A stretch of DNA of 64,000 bases from a virus. Of the stretch, positions 37,607 through 47,535 are shown in pieces (positions within the stretch are counted from its first letter, which is position 1; each line of letters starts with the position of its first letter). The stretch spans positions 40,510-104,509 of IMG/VR virus record IMGVR_UViG_3300037089_000251, one strand, 5' to 3'. The notes beneath the pieces are model-generated. The model did not search any database. It was not told where the DNA came from and saw only the letters and a program-made list of their open reading frames with translations. A program made the position numbers and the translations under genes.

Positions 37607-37942
37607 ATGGGTTGGATAGGCGTTGATTTAGATGGCACACTGGCGGACATGAGCAAGCCGCCGATTCCTGGAACCAATATTGGTCCACCGATTGAAAAAA
37701 TGGTACAGCGTATCCGCAAGTGGATTGCGGAGGGCAAAGAGGTTCGTATCGTCACGGCTCGGGTGGGGTGGAACCGGGACCAAGTCCCGATGATTCAGTG
37801 GTACATACGGGCTTGCGGGGTCACGGACAAGGAACTTGCCATAACCGCATCCAAGGACTACGACATGGAGTATCTCTGGGACGACCGGGCAATCCAGATA
37901 GTAACCAACACCGGAGACAGGGCGGACGGGCTGGAGGACTAG
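37607..37942 (+). CDS. HAD-family phosphatase (PNK phosphatase-like)
   Basis: GVDLDGTLA, IVTAR, K...LWDDRA. Confidence 0.75.
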   Translation: MGWIGVDLDGTLADMSKPPIPGTNIGPPIEKMVQRIRKWIAEGKEVRIVTARVGWNRDQVPMIQWYIRACGVTDKELAITASKDYDMEYLWDDRAIQIVTNTGDRADGLED

Positions 37943-38167
37943 ATGAGGATAGCCATGCGTGCCCCCGAGGGGCATTTCATACAGGACAGGCTCAAGAGGG
38001 TGACCTTGGAGGCAGAGAACCCCGCCGATGAGGAGACCCTCGTGTCCATCATGAGGATGATTCAGGCATTCCCTATCGGCAAGCTCAACAAGGCTGCCAA
38101 GAAAAACACAGAAGACCTGCCTGTAGTCGAATCTGATATCATGGAATGGGCTAACAAGGAAGGCTAG
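37943..38167 (+). CDS. Hypothetical protein
   Basis: Last gene of the + strand operon. Confidence 0.5.
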   Translation: MRIAMRAPEGHFIQDRLKRVTLEAENPADEETLVSIMRMIQAFPIGKLNKAAKKNTEDLPVVESDIMEWANKEG

Positions 38168-39828
38168 GTATAAGACTCAAGGAACCCAGTGGCCCCGAAG
38201 GCTCTCACCCTCGGGGTCATCGTTATTTTGGGGGCCGTGACGGTTGCGGTCTCGATTATCTCAAGGTTCACCAGCCGGGTGACCAGCGGGACAAACACCT
38301 TCCAGTCAGCCATCGCCGATATGCTCAGGGTATAGACGAACTGCGGGGCGGTGCCGGACTGGTCACGCTGCGCTCCGATGTAAGAGCGGCTCGCCTCAAA
38401 CAGGGTTATCCCGTCCGCCTCCATGTTCGTCCGCCTCATGATGAGAAGCTGCTGGCGTAGCATCTCGCTGAGGTCCGAGGCGGTCTGGAGGTCGTTCGCC
38501 CGGCAGTCAACAGTGAAGTTCAGGTTCTCCTTGCTCCCGTACACCTCGTAGGTTTCGCACACCGTAGGAGACACGATGATGGCCACTTGGTCGTCCTTGA
38601 ACACGTTGTCCCCGATGGCAAGCCTGAGACCAGGAATGATGTTCTGGTTAAGGTTGTACTTCTTGGCCACAGCCTTCGCTACACCGGCATCCACCCGCAT
38701 TTCCCACCGCAGCCATTGCCCCGGCATGAGCAGGGTCGGGAGCGTCACTGTCCCGTCGCTGCTTACAATAGCCGTCGTGGAGCTTCCCGACGAGGTCTGG
38801 ATGAAGACTTGGTTGGGGGCGAGGGTCTCCCCCGGAGCCACCCCCACCTGTAGGATGTCCTCGGGGTTGGTGCCTATCGCTGCCGTGGGGTCAACCTTCA
38901 CGACGAGGTGCGCCGTCAAGGTCTGCCCGGCAGGCGTCCACTCGGAAAGCTCCAGCCAGTCGTTCGAGGCATACCATGTGAAGTCCTTTCCGGGGACAAG
39001 CTGGTAGCCTGTGTCGTCCGTCAGGGTGAACGATATCATGGTCTGGATGGTCTGTGGCGGGCTGGTGGGCACTACCGTGCGCCCCACCGGTATGCCGACT
39101 ATCTCCCTTCCCCCCACCGTGCTCGGGCACACCACCTCTTCAACCGTCTGCTGATACCAATAATCCACCAGGGGAACCAAGGGCGTGGGCGGCGACCCGG
39201 ACAGCAGTATCAGTCCGGCCGGTGTAGGGGTGAGGAGGTATATCTGCTCCGGGGACAAAAGCATGTCTATGGGGATGGGGGGGCTGCTGCCTACGGTCGT
39301 GGGGTATGTCCCGTCGTTTACGAAGGTCACCAGGTCAACGGGAGGGCTGTTCTCCCCCTCGATATAGCCGGACAGCGCAGTGCCGTCTATACCTGGAGCG
39401 AGATACACCACCGAACCCTTGGCATTGGATACCTTGCCTTCCTTCCACCGGAAGGTCTGGATGGTCAGGGCTACATCCCTTGTCTGCTCGTCCACGGAGT
39501 CCACATTGAGGTAGTACACGCCGGATACGGGCGTTTTCCGAGTGGCGTCAACCTCCTGCACCCACTCGATGAACTGCCCCTCCTTGCTCTGAATCTTGGC
39601 GAGGATGGCACGACCATAGTCCTTGCAGATGAAGTAGTCGGGGGAGAGGCGGTTGCCCGAGGAGGTCACGTTCTTGATGTTGACCTGGGCGTCCTTCCAC
39701 TGGATAAGGTTGTTGAATTGGGAGGATACTTCGCCCAAGGTACTGCGGAACCGTGGGCTGCGGCTGACGGCGTCTTCGATAACCCTGCGGATATAGGCAA
39801 TGAGATTCCCGCCCGTGAGGTCAAGCAT
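38164..39828 (-). CDS. Virion structural protein (tail completion/terminator-like)
   Basis: Beta-rich composition; in the neck operon opposite the sheath gene. Confidence 0.5.
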   Translation of the reverse strand: MLDLTGGNLIAYIRRVIEDAVSRSPRFRSTLGEVSSQFNNLIQWKDAQVNIKNVTSSGNRLSPDYFICKDYGRAILAKIQSKEGQFIEWVQEVDATRKTPVSGVYYLNVDSVDEQTRDVALTIQTFRWKEGKVSNAKGSVVYLAPGIDGTALSGYIEGENSPPVDLVTFVNDGTYPTTVGSSPPIPIDMLLSPEQIYLLTPTPAGLILLSGSPPTPLVPLVDYWYQQTVEEVVCPSTVGGREIVGIPVGRTVVPTSPPQTIQTMISFTLTDDTGYQLVPGKDFTWYASNDWLELSEWTPAGQTLTAHLVVKVDPTAAIGTNPEDILQVGVAPGETLAPNQVFIQTSSGSSTTAIVSSDGTVTLPTLLMPGQWLRWEMRVDAGVAKAVAKKYNLNQNIIPGLRLAIGDNVFKDDQVAIIVSPTVCETYEVYGSKENLNFTVDCRANDLQTASDLSEMLRQQLLIMRRTNMEADGITLFEASRSYIGAQRDQSGTAPQFVYTLSISAMADWKVFVPLVTRLVNLEIIETATVTAPKITMTPRVRAFGATGFLESYT

Positions 39829-39912
39829 CGTGTCTCCCTATGAGTTTCGGCTACCAAGCCGCCGAACAGGCTCTATAATCCAATCCCATAGGCGGGAACC
39901 TGCGAGTTTAGC

Positions 39913-40137
39913 TTACAGCTTCGCTTTGATGGCGGCGATGACCTTCTTGGCGTCCGTCTCGGCGGCGGTCTCAAGCTTGGTGACCTCGGCTTTGACCTCG
40001 GCGAGAACCTTCTCCGCCTCGGGCTTTACCTTGGCTGCTTCAGTGGAGGCAAAAAGCTTTGCCTTCGCCCACCACCCGGTCAGGATGGCCACGAGATGGC
40101 TGATGGTCAGCCCCGCTACGATGGTTGATACTACCAT
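39913..40137 (-). CDS. Small protein with N-terminal TM and Ala/Lys/Glu coiled coil
   Basis: AGGAG RBS; hydrophobic N-terminus. Confidence 0.6.
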   Translation of the reverse strand: MVVSTIVAGLTISHLVAILTGWWAKAKLFASTEAAKVKPEAEKVLAEVKAEVTKLETAAETDAKKVIAAIKAKL

Positions 40138-40172
40138 GGTGTTTCTCCTTTTGACTCTTCTCTGCCGAACTC

Positions 40173-40694
40173 TTACCAGCTACTTCCCCGACTGACCTCG
40201 TTGTCGTCGGTAAGCTTGTCGATGTCCCCCTTGTTGCTGTCCTTGTCCATTATCTTGACGGGCAGGGCGGCATAATCGACACCGGGCGGCGGGGGCGGAA
40301 CAGTCTGGGTGACAGGCTCAATCCACTGGTGGATGGAGCGCCGGATGTCCCCGATGGACACATAGGCGTGTATCCTCGGGTACCAGCGGTTCTCGATTTC
40401 AATCTGGTCTGGGGAACTGTACTCAAGGATATTCCACTCGGAGCCGTCGTTTGCCTGGAAGGTTGCCCAAGGCATCAGGTAGGCAAAGAAAATCTCGTCC
40501 CCCTCAATCGGCGACAGGGGGTTGGGCATCTGCATGGTTCCGGGATTGGGCTTGAACTGGGCGAAGGTGGAGGTACGCACATCCAAGGGGTCGCCCACGA
40601 TGGCCTGAAGCTCCTGGTCATCGTTCGGATGGTCTGCCTCGCACAGGACCCCGGCAGTCTTTGCCAATGCATCGGTAAGCTCGGTTACGTTCAT
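40173..40694 (-). CDS. Hypothetical (probable virion) protein
   Basis: GAGG RBS, late-like promoter motif, AKTAG near the N-terminus. Confidence 0.6.
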   Translation of the reverse strand: MNVTELTDALAKTAGVLCEADHPNDDQELQAIVGDPLDVRTSTFAQFKPNPGTMQMPNPLSPIEGDEIFFAYLMPWATFQANDGSEWNILEYSSPDQIEIENRWYPRIHAYVSIGDIRRSIHQWIEPVTQTVPPPPPGVDYAALPVKIMDKDSNKGDIDKLTDDNEVSRGSSW

Positions 40695-40751
40695 AGCGGT
40701 TCCTCTCTTAAGGCTTGAATAGTTCTGTTTCGGGGTTGTTTCCCCGCTTTG

Positions 40752-42095
40752 CTACTGCGGCCTCTTCACCAAGTCGAGGGGCGACCCCAGTATGCGCCCG
40801 AAGGACACGGTGCGCCCGATGGGAACTACCGACTTGTTCTCCCATGGCTCCTTGTTCGGCTCTTCCCTCACGTCCACCAGAGGCTCCCCGTCTCCCTTGA
40901 GGTGATGCGGGTCGATGCCTTGGTCGGGGTTGTTCCTGATAATAGGGTCGAAGAGCGTGGGCAGCCCCGTCTGGATGGGGATGAGGTAACGGGTATCCCC
41001 TTCCTTGAGAAGCTCCACCCCGAAGTCCTGCTGGAGGAGGACGCCACGGGGGTTCTTGTAGGTGACCCCATGGATGACCAAGCGCTCCCCGTTCCTGCGG
41101 ATGAGAAGGTCCCCGTCCTGCACGATGGGCGTGTTGGTGAGGAAGCTGCGGCTCTCCCGTGAGGTCTTGATGCCCCCGCCCTCGTCAATCTCACGCACCA
41201 AGGCGGTGTCGGGGGGGATGTAGAGGAGGTCGTAGGGACCATAGTAACCGCCCACCACGCCAGTCTCGTAGCAGGATGGGCATCCGTGCCTCGGCGTCCC
41301 GAGACCCGCCTCCGGGCGGATACACCCGCAAGGCTCCCCTCTCGTCCTGCGGAACATGATGTAGGCAGGCTCGCCGGTCTGCTCAAATATCCACTGGTTG
41401 CGGTTCACCATCTCGGCGAACTCCCAAGTGAGGTTGTCCACCTCCTGCGTGTTGACTATCTTGCTGCGGTCGGCACCCGGCTTGTGCAGTTCCCCATGCT
41501 CCCCCACGCCCACGACGGTATAGAACTGCCTCGCCATGGAGGTGTAGATGTCCACGAAGTTGGCCAGCCGCTTGAACTTCACCCTGACCTCCACGACGGC
41601 GGCGTAGTTGGCTTGGCTGACATTGCCGCTGGAAACCTGGGCCGTGTCCGAAACCGCCCCGCCCTGTGCTAGGCTGTTGTCGGCGGGGAGCCAGACGGTC
41701 TGGTCCAAGGCAATGACCGATATCGGCCGGAGGTCCACGATGTTGTTGCCGATGTCAACCATGGATATCCTGACATCGTCCGGGCTGGTGGCCACCTTGG
41801 GGCGGAAGTGGACAACGTCGGAGTAGGGGATGTCCGGGAGCTTGAAGCCCCACCTGCCCAACTCACCCCTCTCCACCCAGTCAACATCCTTGACGATGTA
41901 CTCCACCTCTTCCAAGGCTGCCTGGTCTCTCCAGAAGTGCCCCCTCCACAGGAAGTTGTTTAATTTCTTCCAGTTGCTAGGGTGGTCATAGGCACGGTAG
42001 ATATTGTACCCCTTGGTCGCCTCCGGGTCGTCAACCCACCAGAGGTCCCGGGACCCGACATAGCTCGAATTGAGAACGAGAAGCTCATTTACCAT
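40752..42095 (-). CDS. Neck/head-closure-like structural protein
   Basis: GE.A....R...G..C.C...CP.CY.TG..GGY.GPY pattern; position in the morphogenesis module. Confidence 0.55.
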   Translation of the reverse strand: MVNELLVLNSSYVGSRDLWWVDDPEATKGYNIYRAYDHPSNWKKLNNFLWRGHFWRDQAALEEVEYIVKDVDWVERGELGRWGFKLPDIPYSDVVHFRPKVATSPDDVRISMVDIGNNIVDLRPISVIALDQTVWLPADNSLAQGGAVSDTAQVSSGNVSQANYAAVVEVRVKFKRLANFVDIYTSMARQFYTVVGVGEHGELHKPGADRSKIVNTQEVDNLTWEFAEMVNRNQWIFEQTGEPAYIMFRRTRGEPCGCIRPEAGLGTPRHGCPSCYETGVVGGYYGPYDLLYIPPDTALVREIDEGGGIKTSRESRSFLTNTPIVQDGDLLIRRNGERLVIHGVTYKNPRGVLLQQDFGVELLKEGDTRYLIPIQTGLPTLFDPIIRNNPDQGIDPHHLKGDGEPLVDVREEPNKEPWENKSVVPIGRTVSFGRILGSPLDLVKRPQ

Positions 42096-42096
42096 A

Positions 42097-42366
42097 TTAT
42101 ACCTGAGGGAAACGCAGCTTTAACTGGGGACTCTTGGATACAAATTCCCAGATAGCCTGCCTGCTTATGCCCAGTCTTTTAGATGCTTCGCTGTAGTTGT
42201 CCCCTGAAGCCTCCAAGGCATCCCATATGAGGGCGTTTTTGACCTTCTTCAGGAACTCCAAGAGGTTGAAGCCCGGCTCTGGAATAGGCAATGCCCCAAG
42301 GAAAGATTCCATGTTGAAGTTTGCCCGCTTGGATAAGGGGGCATGGAGAAATTCGCTGGAAAACAT
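42097..42366 (-). CDS. Stand-alone Fis-type HTH protein
   Basis: LIWDALEASGDNYSEASKRLGISRQAI. Confidence 0.75.
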   Translation of the reverse strand: MFSSEFLHAPLSKRANFNMESFLGALPIPEPGFNLLEFLKKVKNALIWDALEASGDNYSEASKRLGISRQAIWEFVSKSPQLKLRFPQV

Positions 42367-42380
42367 GTAACCTCCTCCTT

Positions 42381-43304
42381 TTAACCCAACAGCCAGCGCT
42401 GCTGCCTGAGACCGGCGCTATACGGACGGATGGCCGTAACCAAGGGTGCCATCTCCGTGAACTCCTGCCCGTAGCTCTGAGCCAACGACAAGTAAAGGGA
42501 CGACTTATTGATATCCAAGCTGACCCCGTTCAGGCTGTAGCTGAACTCGTCGGCCGCCCACCGGGCGCTCTCCCCGGTCAGGCAAGAGGACGCTGCACCG
42601 ATGGCGGCAATCCTCCCCCAGTCCACCGGGATGGTGTCGAGGGTGTAGTTGGTGATGTTCTTGGGATTGTACCAGTTGAGCTTGGAGATGTTAATGTCCA
42701 GCATCCTCAGAACGGTGGGGTCGAGCCAGATGTACCCAACCCGGCTGGTATACCCTGCGACCACCTTGCCCGGCGTGGGGGGGCGGAAATGGTAGTTGCG
42801 GTCGGGATTGGTGTCGGAGAGTAGCTCCCGGACATACATGATGGCTGGGGCGTACTTGTTGGTGGTTATTGGGCGCTGGGCGATGATGGTGCTGGGTGCC
42901 TCGAACGCCGAGTCGGCCGGGTCGATGGTCTGGACGACGAAGTCCTCGTAAACTCGGTTCTCGGGCTGCCCGGAATACTGCACGATATACCACACGAGCC
43001 TGTAAACGCCCTTCCAGAGCGTCGGAACCGTCATGTTGACCCAGTATGCCCCGGCGCTCGACCGGCAGGGCACCAGCTTCGGCTGGCTCACGAGGACAAG
43101 GTCGCTCTCGGGGAGCATCCGCATATGGTTCGGCTGCTCCAGGTCAAAGTCGTATGCCCGCTGCCCTGCGGTGGGCACCTTCTCGCTAATCTGGAAGATT
43201 GAGTAGCAGATGATGGCGGGGTCAATCAATGCCCCGTTGGCGTCCCGGATGAGGATGCTAAGGTCCCCCGGTCCCAGCTTTTTCCCCTGTGTCAGCGTAA
43301 TCAT
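42381..43304 (-). CDS. Neck/head-tail adaptor-like protein
   Basis: VRELLSD..PD, FSYSLNGVSLDI.KS..Y; position. Confidence 0.55.
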   Translation of the reverse strand: MITLTQGKKLGPGDLSILIRDANGALIDPAIICYSIFQISEKVPTAGQRAYDFDLEQPNHMRMLPESDLVLVSQPKLVPCRSSAGAYWVNMTVPTLWKGVYRLVWYIVQYSGQPENRVYEDFVVQTIDPADSAFEAPSTIIAQRPITTNKYAPAIMYVRELLSDTNPDRNYHFRPPTPGKVVAGYTSRVGYIWLDPTVLRMLDINISKLNWYNPKNITNYTLDTIPVDWGRIAAIGAASSCLTGESARWAADEFSYSLNGVSLDINKSSLYLSLAQSYGQEFTEMAPLVTAIRPYSAGLRQQRWLLG

Positions 43305-43430
43305 GGCTTCTCCTGCCTAAAGAAACAGGTAGTCGTTCCTCCAGCCCAAAGCACAAAATGACTATGACTTCTACTTTATAGGGACTCGGCAGAGCCAATA
43401 ACCCGCCTGAGAGGCGGATGAAGGGAAGTC

Positions 43431-43820
43431 ATGGCAATCTATGCGTTCAAGTGCCCCGTATGCGGGGCGGTTTTGGAAGAGCTAATGCCGATGGACAAGG
43501 CCACCTTCGAGGACCGCCCTTGTCCGCATCCCAAATGCCTCGGATATTGCGTCTACCAGCTAAAAGGCGCACCCGCCGTTGCCACCGCCAACATGTCCAA
43601 CCCTACCTTTGATGTGGTCGTGGGTGTGGACGCAGAGAAGCGCTGGAAGCAAATCAAGGAACGTCAAGCAGTTAGGGATAAGATTCGGAAGGAGACAGGC
43701 CAGAAGGCTCTCATCGCAACCAGCCACGAGGCCTATCGAGTCCTGCCGGGAACGAAGCTCCGGGAAGTGGTAATCCCGGAAAAAGTACAGGAGCCGGTTT
43801 TGTCCGGTTTGGCAAAATAG
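43431..43820 (+). CDS. FmdB-like zinc-ribbon protein
   Basis: MAIYAFKCPVCG..LEELMPM...CP..C. Confidence 0.7.
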   Translation: MAIYAFKCPVCGAVLEELMPMDKATFEDRPCPHPKCLGYCVYQLKGAPAVATANMSNPTFDVVVGVDAEKRWKQIKERQAVRDKIRKETGQKALIATSHEAYRVLPGTKLREVVIPEKVQEPVLSGLAK

Positions 43821-43919
43821 GCTACGTTGGGAGCATAAAGGGGGTAGCAAATTGACTTCCATCCCCCTAAATGAGAGGAACTAAACGAGCGGCGACTCGC
43901 CGTCAGAGGAGACAAGAAC

Positions 43920-46900
43920 ATGGCACTATTTGGGTCATACGCACCTCCAGGGGTTTACACCACGGTACAGATTGCAGGAGCAGGGCAGCCCCTTTTCGGG
44001 AACGCTCGTATTCCGGTAATCATCGGCGAGGGTCAGGAGTTTTTCGAGCAGGACAACGTCGAACTCTTCCGTGGCTCGACCGCCAACTCTGACGAGCAGG
44101 TGGTGAACGAGAACATCTCCGACCAGGTGGTCGCCATCACCAACGAGTTCCACACCACTTACTTCCCCGTGACCGATGGGTCCGGCAAGGGCGTGGTTTC
44201 CAACGACCCGAGCAAGGTGCAGATTGTCGTGGACGGTATCCCCGGCACGGTCATCTCCTTGGATGGAGCGACCGGAGACTTTACCACGCAGGAGCTTGTC
44301 ACTCCGGGACAGAACGTGGAAATCAGCTACTTCTTCCAGCGGATTGACACGCTCGTCACCAACGAGGATGTCTCCGACCAAGTCCCCAGCTTTGCCACCC
44401 TCAAGATTTTTGACACGGACGGCAACTGGAGCGTCATCAGTACCTCGCTTCCCGGCATCACTGGCAATGCCGTAACCATCTCCATCACGGACGCCAGCCT
44501 CCTCTCGCCTCCGGGACCCGGCGTGCTCGACACGCAGGCGGTCAGCGGAGTGGGCACGGACCATATCTCCATCGAAATCCTTAAGACCACCTCTTCCGGC
44601 TCGCCCCCGACTCAGGACAAGCGCACCCTTGAGGATATCTTCAATCTCGTGGCGGCAGGCATCCCCACCCTTGATGCCGGGTATCTGACGGCGACCACCC
44701 CCGGTGGCGGCTCCCCTCCGACCCTGACTCCCGCAGTGCCCATCGTGGCGACCAACCTGTTCGGCGGCCTCGGACCCAACACCAACAAGGTGTTCAAGGT
44801 AGAACGGGTGCCCATCGTGGACGGAACCAACGGCGGCGTCGTTACCACCGACCCGACCAAGGTGACTGTACTGGTCAACGGGAACAAGGTTTCGGTATCG
44901 GCCGTTGACGGTCAGACCGGCTACATCACCCTGACCAACCCGGTTGCGTTCCCCTCGACCGTGACCATCACCTACTGGACCAACACCTACCAGAACACCT
45001 TTGACCTCATCCCGGCGCAGAACGTGTCGGAAATCGTCAGGGTGGGTCTCGGCCCCAACCGCTCGGACTTCGTCCAGGACACGGACTATGTCCTCGGTAA
45101 GGACTCCTACGGGAACAGCATCATCAACTGGGGTGCCAGCACCACGACCGCAGTCGGGCTGGCCTCGTCCGGCTTCACGCCGTTCGGACCGACCCAGATT
45201 CTCACCACGCTCGTTGACGAGCATGTCTACCTGCGCTCCTGCACGGGCGTGTCGAACGGTAAGAACCTTGTGTTCTCCGCCCCCGACGCCGTCACGGACG
45301 GAAGCGGGCTGAGCATCAACACCGACGACCCGACCAAGATTTCGGTCTATGTCGGCGTCAATCCCGTGGAAGCCTTGGCAGACGGGGCAGTCCGGGTCAT
45401 CTCCCTCGCTGGAGACACCGGTAAGTTCACCCTGTACAATGCCCCCCTGACGGGCACCAACGTGTACGCCAGCTACTACCGCAACGCCCTCAACGACCAC
45501 ACCTACACGGCCACGGTTGTCAACCCCGGAATCTCCGGGCAAGGCACCTATACCCTGAAGGACGAGGTCGGACGGGTCCTGCCGGTAGTCAGCTTTGACC
45601 CCGCCCACAGCGTGGTAACCCAGTCCGGCGAGTTCGCCCAGACTGGCATCGTGTGGCCATTCGCCTTCCCCGACCTCTATGACTCGCCGGGTGAGGTGGA
45701 CGAAACCGTGACCCTCACCTTCCAAGATGACGGGCTTACCAAGGATGTCAACCCCGGTGCGCAGGCCTACCTGAACACTCAGGGTCTCCTGTTCTTCGTC
45801 ACCACCCCCGGTGTCGGCGGAGATGCCATCACGGTCGCCTTCAACAACACCGGAACCTTCGGGGTTGTCGTCACCGGAAACGCCATCGTCTTCAACGGCG
45901 TCACCACGACCAACCAAGTTGTCACCCTTGTCGGAGCGGGTCTCACGACCACCTTCGGCACGGTTCTTGTGCAACTCCTGACCGCTGGCTCCGTCTCCAC
46001 CGCCGCCCCGCTCAACTTGGCGGGAGGCGTGGACCCCACTACCCCCGAGCCTTATGCCATCCGCTACCTCGTGACCTCCAGCAGCCCCAAGGGGTCCTCG
46101 GGACAGGGCTACCTCGACCAGACCTACATCGACCAGGACACGGGGTTGAAGTTCACCATCGTGGCCCCGGCCGACGCCCTGAGCTACGGCTACCAGTCCC
46201 TCCCCACCCCGCAGTACACGTTCCAGCCGGGAGACACTCTGGTGTTTGTGGTCAGCAGCGAGCAGGCTCGCTTCACCGGGGCAACCTATGTCCCCTTCAG
46301 TGAGGCTCAGCAGAACAACCTCATCGCCATCGCCGGTCTCCACACCGAGGTCGTGACGACCTACGGTGCCAACGCCGGGGACACTGCGCTCATCCAGACC
46401 TTCAACAAGTCCGGGAACGAGCCGCTGGTCGGGGAGTACTACTACATCTCCTTCCAGACCACCAAGCAGCCCTCCGACTTCGCCATCAAGATGTACACCA
46501 AGGCGACGGATGCCTACAACGCCTACGGGCAGCCCAGCACCATCAACCGTGTATCTCTGGGTATCCAACTCATGACCCAGAACGGGGCGCAGCAGTTCGG
46601 CGTCGTGCAGGTGCCGAAGCAGCCTGGGCTTAACACCGCCACGGATGCCAGCTTCATCGCCGCCATCCAGACGCTCACCACGGCTCTGCCGGGGCTTAAC
46701 ACGAAGGCGAATGTCATCGTCCCCCTGAGCACCAGCACCACGGTGCAGCAGTTCCTCAGCCGCCAGTTGATTACGCAGGCGGGTCCGAGAAACAAGGGCG
46801 AGGCAATCGGTTTCGTCGGCTACAGCACCTTCACGGGCTTCCAGCAGGCGATAGCCAATGCCCAGAGCCTCAAGAGTTCCCGCATGATTGCCATCGGCAT

Positions 46901-47483
46901 GCCTGCCGCTGGCATTCTCATAACCAACACCCAGACGGGACAGCAGCAGGAGTACTCCGTGGACGGCAGCTTCATCGCCGCCGCCATGGCTGGCCTCAAC
47001 ATCAACCCGTCCAACGACGTGGCCACCACGCTGACCAACCAGAACCTCACCGGGTTCTCCCGCCTGCTCGTCCAGTACGACGACACGGTCATGGACCAGA
47101 TGGCGGCGGCAGGACTGGTGGCTCTGACCAACAACAACGGGGCGCTCAACATCCGGCACTACAAGAGCACCGACCCGAGCAACCCCATCACCTCCGAGCC
47201 GACCTGCACGACCATCACGGATTACGTCTGCCAGCAGTTCCGGGCCGACTTCAAGCAGTTCATCGGTCGCAAGCTGGTAACCGGTCTGCTCAACGACATC
47301 ACCATTGTCGGGAACTCCCGGCTTACGTCGTTGTCGAACAACCAAATCATCGCCGGGTACAATCCGCCGAACGTGGCGCAGGACCCGACCGACCCGACCA
47401 CGGTGGATGTGACCATCACCTTCAAGCCGATGTTCTCGTTGCTCTATATTTCGGTCACTTTCACGGTGACCACGACTCTGTAA
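43920..47483 (+). CDS. Contractile tail sheath protein
   Basis: YAPPGVYT N-terminus; C-terminal FIGRK...DPT.VDVTITFKPMFSL.YI.VTF sheath signature. Confidence 0.9.
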   Translation: MALFGSYAPPGVYTTVQIAGAGQPLFGNARIPVIIGEGQEFFEQDNVELFRGSTANSDEQVVNENISDQVVAITNEFHTTYFPVTDGSGKGVVSNDPSKVQIVVDGIPGTVISLDGATGDFTTQELVTPGQNVEISYFFQRIDTLVTNEDVSDQVPSFATLKIFDTDGNWSVISTSLPGITGNAVTISITDASLLSPPGPGVLDTQAVSGVGTDHISIEILKTTSSGSPPTQDKRTLEDIFNLVAAGIPTLDAGYLTATTPGGGSPPTLTPAVPIVATNLFGGLGPNTNKVFKVERVPIVDGTNGGVVTTDPTKVTVLVNGNKVSVSAVDGQTGYITLTNPVAFPSTVTITYWTNTYQNTFDLIPAQNVSEIVRVGLGPNRSDFVQDTDYVLGKDSYGNSIINWGASTTTAVGLASSGFTPFGPTQILTTLVDEHVYLRSCTGVSNGKNLVFSAPDAVTDGSGLSINTDDPTKISVYVGVNPVEALADGAVRVISLAGDTGKFTLYNAPLTGTNVYASYYRNALNDHTYTATVVNPGISGQGTYTLKDEVGRVLPVVSFDPAHSVVTQSGEFAQTGIVWPFAFPDLYDSPGEVDETVTLTFQDDGLTKDVNPGAQAYLNTQGLLFFVTTPGVGGDAITVAFNNTGTFGVVVTGNAIVFNGVTTTNQVVTLVGAGLTTTFGTVLVQLLTAGSVSTAAPLNLAGGVDPTTPEPYAIRYLVTSSSPKGSSGQGYLDQTYIDQDTGLKFTIVAPADALSYGYQSLPTPQYTFQPGDTLVFVVSSEQARFTGATYVPFSEAQQNNLIAIAGLHTEVVTTYGANAGDTALIQTFNKSGNEPLVGEYYYISFQTTKQPSDFAIKMYTKATDAYNAYGQPSTINRVSLGIQLMTQNGAQQFGVVQVPKQPGLNTATDASFIAAIQTLTTALPGLNTKANVIVPLSTSTTVQQFLSRQLITQAGPRNKGEAIGFVGYSTFTGFQQAIANAQSLKSSRMIAIGMPAAGILITNTQTGQQQEYSVDGSFIAAAMAGLNINPSNDVATTLTNQNLTGFSRLLVQYDDTVMDQMAAAGLVALTNNNGALNIRHYKSTDPSNPITSEPTCTTITDYVCQQFRADFKQFIGRKLVTGLLNDITIVGNSRLTSLSNNQIIAGYNPPNVAQDPTDPTTVDVTITFKPMFSLLYISVTFTVTTTL

Positions 47484-47535
47484 AAACGTGGGGGGAAAGG
47501 TGGGTACCTTTTCCCCCATAAGCTAAGGTGGGAGA

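Noticed and set aside
43935-47519. 1194-aa antisense ORF over the sheath gene (and similar ones at 17465-18706, 35308-36258, 56868-58396)
   Set aside because: Shadow ORFs expected from high GC3 codon bias of the real + strand genes; no RBS or recognisable motifs.
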